NCBI GenBank assembly: GCA_028870995.1
Contig: JAGWOI010000007.1
Span: 20,337-84,336 of the forward strand
Length of the DNA: 64,000 nucleotides
Direction: 5' to 3'
Source: Candidatus Omnitrophota bacterium
GTDB lineage: Bacteria > Omnitrophota > Gorgyraeia > Zapsychrales > Fredricksoniimonadaceae
The notes under the pieces were generated by a model that worked only from the letters and a program-made list of their open reading frames with translations, searched no databases and was not told where the DNA came from. Below are positions 58,877-64,000 of this stretch, piece by piece (the first letter of the stretch is position 1; the number at the start of each line of letters is the position of its first letter). Made by a program: the position numbers and the translations under genes.

Positions 58877-60025
58877 TTATAAAATCCTTAAGGCGTTCAA
58901 CAGTTGATCCGCATCTTCCCGGGTGTGGGCCGCCGTCACCGTCATCCTGAGCCTCGAGGTACCCACAGGCACCGTCGGAGGACGGATAGCCTGCACCAGA
59001 ATGTCCTTGGCCAATAATTGCCGGGACATCGCCTTGGCCTGATGCGGATCTTTAATCAGGACAGGGATGATCGGTGTCGTTGAGTTCATGCAATCAAAAC
59101 CCATGGCCCTTAAACGGCTGCGTAAATGCTCCGCGAGTTCCTGTACCTGCTGGCGCAGCCGCGGTTCTTGACGGATGATGCCCAGTGCCGTTCGCGCCGC
59201 TTCCGCCAAAGCCGGCGGCATGGCTGTGGTATAAATAAAGGCGCGGCTTTTGTTGACCAAAAAATCTCTTAACGTTTTGGAACCGCAGGCATAGGCGCCG
59301 AAACAACCGGCGGCTTTAGACAAGGTGCCCATTTGGATGTCGACGGCAGCGCCCGTCTCTTCAACCAGGCCGCCGCCACGTGCGCCCAAAACACCAAAGG
59401 CATGGGCCTCATCCACCATAACCATGGCCTCATAGCGCCGGGCCAATTCAACGATATCTCTTAGCGGCGCCTTGTCCCCATCCATGCTGAAAACCGTGTC
59501 CGTGACAATGAGTTTACGGCGGCCGGTGGGCGCCTTCTTTAACATGTCCTCCAGGACCTGCATATCCAAATGAGGATAGCGCAACAATTGAGCCCGGCTT
59601 AGGATGATCCCGTCGATGATGGAAGCGTGGCTGAGTTTGTCGCTGAAGACCAGGCTGTGACGATCCGCCAAGGCGGAAATAATTGCGGTGTTGGCCATAT
59701 ATCCGCTGGAATAAACCAGCGCACTTTCAGCCTGCTTGAACTGCGCCAATTCCTCTTCCAGCTCCTCGTGAGGCCTCATGTTGCCGCAAACCAGCCGTGA
59801 GGCGCCTGAACCAAAACCGTAATTCTCAATGGCCTTGACGGCAGCGGCCCTGATGCGCCCGTCGGCAGCAAGTCCCAGATAATCATTGGAACAAAAATTC
59901 AGGACCTGCCGGCCATCCAGGTGGACGGCCCTGCCCTGCGGTGAGGCAATGGATTGCAGGGACCGGCGCAGTCCCAAGGTTTCCAAGGCCTGTAATTCTT
60001 CTTGTAAGAAGCCCGCATGATTCAT
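58877..60025 (-). CDS. bioF: 8-amino-7-oxononanoate synthase
   Basis: NFCSNDYLGL, GSGASRL, HASIIDG, DEAHA, GTLSKA, IRPPTVP. Confidence 0.96.
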   Translation of the reverse strand: MNHAGFLQEELQALETLGLRRSLQSIASPQGRAVHLDGRQVLNFCSNDYLGLAADGRIRAAAVKAIENYGFGSGASRLVCGNMRPHEELEEELAQFKQAESALVYSSGYMANTAIISALADRHSLVFSDKLSHASIIDGIILSRAQLLRYPHLDMQVLEDMLKKAPTGRRKLIVTDTVFSMDGDKAPLRDIVELARRYEAMVMVDEAHAFGVLGARGGGLVEETGAAVDIQMGTLSKAAGCFGAYACGSKTLRDFLVNKSRAFIYTTAMPPALAEAARTALGIIRQEPRLRQQVQELAEHLRSRLRAMGFDCMNSTTPIIPVLIKDPHQAKAMSRQLLAKDILVQAIRPPTVPVGTSRLRMTVTAAHTREDADQLLNALRIL

Positions 60026-60978
60026 CGCAATAGGAAAATATCCCCTGCCGTTTTCTTAACGATAACGCCGTTATCCTTGCGCACCAGCAGGGCGCCGTCT
60101 TCGTCCAGGTCGACCGCCTCCCCTTCGACGGAACCGGCCGGGTCCGTGATCCGCACACGCTTATGGAGGGTAGCGCTGTGCTTGCACCATTCGGCCATGA
60201 TCTTGTCAAATTCATGGTGCAAAATCCTGGCGTACCCTTTGTCCAGGCAGCGCAATACCGCTTGAAAAACTTCCGTCCTGTTAAAACTTTTTCCTGACGC
60301 CGCCTTCAAAGAAGTGGCCTGGGGCGCCAGCTGGTTGACGGAGGCGTTGACATTAAGCCCTATGCCTACGACGACGAACTTGACCTGGTCCGATTCCGCC
60401 CGCAGTTCCGTCAGAATACCGGCCAGCTTATGGTTTTCGAAAAGAATATCATTGGGCCATTTGATGGCTGCTTTGAGCCCGCTGGCCGTTTCAATGGCCT
60501 CGATCAGGGCCACCGCCGCCATCAAGGTCAACTGCGGCAGCTGATTAAGCGGCAGGCGGGGACGCAGCACGAAGGAAAAATATAACCCTTTGCCTCTCGG
60601 GGAGACCCACGATCGCCCCAGGCGGCCGCGGCCTTTGGATTGGGATTCGGCGCAAACCACGGTGCCGTCAGGACAATTTTCCATCCCCAGCCGGAAGGCT
60701 TCGTCCATCGTTGAAACGACCGTATCCTTAACGATCACCTGCTTGCCGATGGTCCGGGTCCCGAGATCTGCGGTGATTTCATAACCCAACAGCTTGTCCG
60801 GGCAGGTCATCAGCCGGTAACCCAAATGCGGCACGGCCGTAATTTCATAGCCTTCGCTGCGCAGTTCCTGCATGTGCTTCCAGATGGCTGCGCGCGAAAT
60901 TTTCAGCCGGGCGCTGATCTCTTCGCCTGAAATATACCCCTCGCTCTGTTTTAAGAATTGAATGATCTGTTCCTGCAT
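60022..60978 (-). CDS. birA: Bifunctional biotin protein ligase/repressor (group II, with wHTH)
   Basis: SGEEIS..ISRAAIWKH HTH, QSKGRGRLGRSW, KWPND, KLAGIL. Confidence 0.96.
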   Translation of the reverse strand: MQEQIIQFLKQSEGYISGEEISARLKISRAAIWKHMQELRSEGYEITAVPHLGYRLMTCPDKLLGYEITADLGTRTIGKQVIVKDTVVSTMDEAFRLGMENCPDGTVVCAESQSKGRGRLGRSWVSPRGKGLYFSFVLRPRLPLNQLPQLTLMAAVALIEAIETASGLKAAIKWPNDILFENHKLAGILTELRAESDQVKFVVVGIGLNVNASVNQLAPQATSLKAASGKSFNRTEVFQAVLRCLDKGYARILHHEFDKIMAEWCKHSATLHKRVRITDPAGSVEGEAVDLDEDGALLVRKDNGVIVKKTAGDIFLLR

Positions 60979-60979
60979 A

Positions 60980-62116
60980 TTATCGCAAACCTGTTATCTT
61001 GGACTTCAGTTGTGCCAAAAAATATTGAATATCCTCTCGGGTCGTCCACCGGCCCACACTCACGCGCAGGGAACCCAAGGCCATCGCCGGAGACAAGCCG
61101 AGCGACGTCAACACATGCGAAGGCTCCAGCCTCCCCCAGGTACAGGCCGAGCCCATGGACACCGAGAGGCGCGCCATATCCAGAGCGCTGACTAAGTCTT
61201 CACCCTTGATGCCGGCAAAGGAAAAGTGAGCATTGTTGGGCAGACGCCTGCCGCGCGATCCGTTGAGGACCGATGAAGGGATTTCTTTCAACACGAAATC
61301 GATGATCTCATCACGTAAACCAGCTTCTCTCGAAGCTTCCTCGGACATCTGTTGGCGGCAAATCTTAAGCGCCGCAGCCATCCCCACGATCCCCGGCGTA
61401 TTCTGTGTCCCGGCCCGGCGGCCGTGTTCCTGGTCCCCGCCTAAAATCAATGCGCGCCCTTTGGCCTGGCGGCGAATATACAAGGCACCAACCCCTTTAG
61501 GGCCGTAAAATTTATGCGCGGACAGGGAGAGATAATGGCAAGGGATATCATTGATATTGACCGGCAGGTGCCCAGCGGTTTGGGTGGCATCGACTAAAAA
61601 ATAGGTGCCGCGCTGGCGGCAAATGCGCCCAGTCTCTTCTACCGGCTGCAGGGTGCCGATTTCATTGTTGGCGTGCACCAGGCAAACCAGGATGGTGTCC
61701 GGCCTTAAGGCGGATTGGATATCTTCGCTGCGGACAATCCCGTCGGCTCGGGGCTTGACAAGGCTGACCTCAAAACCCTCCTGCTCAAGGCGGTGCAGAG
61801 GTTCCAGCACGGAATGGTGTTCGATGGCGGAAGCAACCAGATGCCTGCCCTTATCCTTCAGGGCATCGGCCGCCGCAAAAACGGCCTGATTATTAGATTC
61901 ACTGGCCCCGCTGGTAAAGGTAATCTCGCCCTCCTCGGCTCCTATGAAGGAAGCCATGACGGCGCGGGCATCCTCAACGGCTTTGCGTGCCTCACGGCCT
62001 TCAGCATGAGGACTCGATGGGTTGCCCCCTTGCTCAAAGAAAAAAGGACGCATGGCCTCAAGGACAAGAGGATCGCAAGGGGTGGTGGAAGCATGGTCCA
62101 GGTAAATGCGGTGCAT
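60980..62116 (-). CDS. iscS: Cysteine desulfurase (IscS/NifS group I)
   Basis: IYLDHASTT, GNPSS, FTSGASESNN, SAHKFYGPKG, GSACT..PSHVL. Confidence 0.92.
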   Translation of the reverse strand: MHRIYLDHASTTPCDPLVLEAMRPFFFEQGGNPSSPHAEGREARKAVEDARAVMASFIGAEEGEITFTSGASESNNQAVFAAADALKDKGRHLVASAIEHHSVLEPLHRLEQEGFEVSLVKPRADGIVRSEDIQSALRPDTILVCLVHANNEIGTLQPVEETGRICRQRGTYFLVDATQTAGHLPVNINDIPCHYLSLSAHKFYGPKGVGALYIRRQAKGRALILGGDQEHGRRAGTQNTPGIVGMAAALKICRQQMSEEASREAGLRDEIIDFVLKEIPSSVLNGSRGRRLPNNAHFSFAGIKGEDLVSALDMARLSVSMGSACTWGRLEPSHVLTSLGLSPAMALGSLRVSVGRWTTREDIQYFLAQLKSKITGLR

Positions 62117-62124
62117 AAGGCCTT

Positions 62125-62179
62125 ATGATACTGGAGGCCGCCTGGAATGTCAACTAAGACACAAATGATGGTTTACAAT
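62125..62179 (-). promoter_or_regulatory. Sigma70 promoter overlapped by a BirA operator (bioO)
   Basis: TTGACA-17-TATCAT. The operator AATGTCAAC-N16-GTTTACAAT matches the wwTGTtAAC-N14-16-GTTaACAww BirA consensus. Confidence 0.82.
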
Positions 62180-62205
62180 GAAAAGTACCTGCAGGATAAG
62201 AAAAG

Positions 62206-62289
62206 TGCCAAGGGTGGGAGTTGAACCCACACGGCCGTGAGACCACTGGTTTTTGAGACCAGCGCGTATACCAGTTCCGCCACCTTGGC
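62206..62289 (-). tRNA. tRNA-Leu(CAA), 3'-CCA not encoded
   Basis: GCCAAGG/CCTTGGC acceptor stem, anticodon loop CT-CAA-AA, long variable arm, GGTTCAACT T-loop. Confidence 0.95.
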
Positions 62290-62300
62290 AAAATTAAAAG

Positions 62301-62375
62301 TGGAGCTGAGGGGGATTGAACCCCTGACCTCTTCAATGCCATTGAAGCGCTCTCCCAAAACTGAGCTACAGCCCC
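62301..62375 (-). tRNA. tRNA-Ala(GGC), 3'-CCA not encoded
   Basis: GGGGCTG/CAGCTCC acceptor stem with G3-U70, anticodon GGC, GGTTCAATCC T-loop. Confidence 0.96.
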
Positions 62376-62411
62376 AGATAGGTCAACGGTGAGGCCACTT
62401 AGAGAAGAGCC

Positions 62412-62440
62412 AATATATCATCCTTAACCTCTTTTGTCAA
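62412..62440 (-). promoter_or_regulatory. Sigma70 promoter for the tRNA pair
   Basis: TTGACA-17-TATATT with extended TG. Confidence 0.7.
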
Positions 62441-62521
62441 AACCTTCGAGCTTCCCCGCTCAATTTAAAAACATAGCCGCGACTCCTTGCCAACAGCATG
62501 AATAGGTGCTACACTTTTTCT

Positions 62522-63058
62522 ATGCGCCGGTATATTTTGTTCTTTATCGTTTTTTTTCTGCCTGCTTTCGCACTGGCCGATGATGTCCAGCAGGTGATCA
62601 CCCTCAAGGACGGATCCCAAATCAAAGGCGTGCTTTCCGGCATCCAGGACGGCGTCTACGTCGTCAAAACGCCGATCATCGGCGATGTCCATGTGGCGGC
62701 CAAGGACGTGGCCAGCATCACCAACGGTAATGCCGCTTCCCCTGCCGGTCTGCCCATGGGCAATACGGGTGCCATGGCGGCTCCGGCCATGGGAGCATCG
62801 CCTTTTGACCAGCAGCTGCAGGCCACCCAGCAGCAGTTGATGTCCAATCCCCAGAACATGCAATTGATCACCGAGATGGCCCAGGACCCGCAGATCATGC
62901 AGGCGCTTCAAGACCCTGCCGTGATGGCGGCGATCAACAACCATGATTACCAGGCCCTGGCCAACACCCCCGCCATCAAGGAGCTGATGACCAATCCGCA
63001 CATGCAGGAATTGATCAAGCAAATGCAGCAGCAACAGCAGCAAGGCGCCTCTCAGTAA
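62522..63058 (+). CDS. Exported protein with a small beta domain and an M/Q-rich STI1-like domain
   Basis: ATG 62522 gives a signal peptide (MRRYILFF...AFALA). ITLKDGSQIKG, then SNPQ/QDPQ/QDPA/TNPH repeats. TTGCCA-17-TACACT ends 6 nt upstream. Confidence 0.8.
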   Translation: MRRYILFFIVFFLPAFALADDVQQVITLKDGSQIKGVLSGIQDGVYVVKTPIIGDVHVAAKDVASITNGNAASPAGLPMGNTGAMAAPAMGASPFDQQLQATQQQLMSNPQNMQLITEMAQDPQIMQALQDPAVMAAINNHDYQALANTPAIKELMTNPHMQELIKQMQQQQQQGASQ

Positions 63059-63154
63059 AGCCATCCGCCCCAAGAAATAAAAAATACGATCTTCTAAGAG
63101 TCCGCGACTCCATGCTACAATCAAAACGTCTTTTAAAGGCGCCCTGGGGTTCTT

Positions 63155-64000
63155 ATGGAAACCTTACTGCTCATTTTTGGCGCGATGCTCCTTTTGAGCG
63201 TCGTGGCCAGCAAAATATCCGATAATTTCGGCGTCCCTGTCCTCATCCTGTTTTTGACGATCGGCATGCTGGCGGGATCAGACGGCATCGGCAAGATCTA
63301 TTTTGACGACCCGGCGCTCACCAATGCCTTAAGCACCATCGCTTTGACCTTTATCCTGTTCTCAGGCGGATTTGAAACAAATCTTAAAGACATCAAACCC
63401 ATCTATCTTAGCGGTCTTAGCCTTTCGACCCTTGGGGTGCTGATCAGCGCCCTTCTGGTCGGGCTCTTCGCGTCCCTCGTCTTGAAATTCTCCATGGAAG
63501 AAGGGTTTCTCTTGGGTGCCATCGTAGCATCTACCGATGCCGCCGCAGTATTCAATGTGCTTAGAACGAACAAGGTCTCTCTGCGGGGCCATTTGCAGCC
63601 CCTTCTGGAATTTGAGTCCGGCAGCAACGATCCGATGGCGGTATTCCTGACCGTGGGCATCATCGGCCTGCTGAAGGACCCCGGCCTCTCCCCCCTGCAA
63701 CTGCTTCCCCGTTTTTTCATCGACATGGGCATCGGCGCGGCCGCGGCCGTTGTGCTGGCCCGTGTCGGGATTTTCATCATCAACCGCCTGCGACTGTCCC
63801 TCAGCGGCCTTTACCCGGCGCTGATCATCGCCCTGGTATTATCCATCTATTCCGCTACCCAGATTATTAAGGGCAACGGCTTTCTGGCCGTTTACATCGC
63901 GGGGATTTTGATCGGCAACGCCAACCTCCTCCATAAAAGGACCATCAAAAATTTCTCCGACGGGATAGCGTGGCTGATGCAGATCATCATGTTCCTGACC
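63155..64000 (+). CDS. cvrA: K+/H+ antiporter (CvrA/NhaP2), truncated at the window end and missing from the ORF track
   Basis: GVPVLILFL.IGMLAGSDGIG, ILFSGG, STDAAAVF, LEFESGSNDPMAVFL. Confidence 0.93.
   Translation, partial: METLLLIFGAMLLLSVVASKISDNFGVPVLILFLTIGMLAGSDGIGKIYFDDPALTNALSTIALTFILFSGGFETNLKDIKPIYLSGLSLSTLGVLISALLVGLFASLVLKFSMEEGFLLGAIVASTDAAAVFNVLRTNKVSLRGHLQPLLEFESGSNDPMAVFLTVGIIGLLKDPGLSPLQLLPRFFIDMGIGAAAAVVLARVGIFIINRLRLSLSGLYPALIIALVLSIYSATQIIKGNGFLAVYIAGILIGNANLLHKRTIKNFSDGIAWLMQIIMFLT

Noticed and set aside
62154-62358. Short ORFs across 62154-62358
   Set aside because: They overlap the two tRNA genes.
62180-62400. tRNA pair as an integration site for an island
   Set aside because: No integrase, no duplicated tRNA 3' end and no compositional shift seen. 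The flanking genes are housekeeping.

Overview
This is a bacterial chromosomal window of mostly minus-strand housekeeping genes. The PilZ-only proteins, PurS-PurS-PurL and TsaC-phosphatase fusions and the exported coiled-coil/TPR proteins suggest the PVC superphylum, probably Ca. Omnitrophota; that placement is inference. No CRISPR array, prophage, integrase or transposase was seen. From left to right: (1) a ~13 kb candidate beta-1,3-glucan locus: two PilZ proteins, a GH94 laminaribiose-phosphorylase-like enzyme, a GPH symporter, a sugar ABC binding protein with two permeases, an exported clan GH-A hydrolase, a helical-repeat protein and a CBM-like protein; (2) cvpA, a radical SAM gene, mnmE, folC, purH and rpsU; (3) a translationally coupled ATP-grasp/KamA pair; (4) an AsnC-aminotransferase-yjbQ-pfkB-era-nth operon; (5) a CusR/CzcR-like two-component system with its probable target promoter; (6) a long purB-C-L-LOG-Q-M-D-tsaC-rpiB-glyA-nrdR run; (7) hemW, tatAC, pgi and mnmA; (8) a biotin operon; (9) tRNA-Leu, tRNA-Ala and a truncated K+/H+ antiporter gene. 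The most notable observations are: a BirA-operator-controlled biotin operon with no bioB that begins with a cysteine desulfurase; an unannotated 16-aa lysine-rich histone-like microprotein; a candidate orphan sRNA; a leader motif (AAATTTAT-N12-AGGAG) shared by purB, glyA and asnC; several structured intergenic RNAs; and several apparently leaderless genes. All calls come from reading the sequence and recalling family motifs. No database searches were run.
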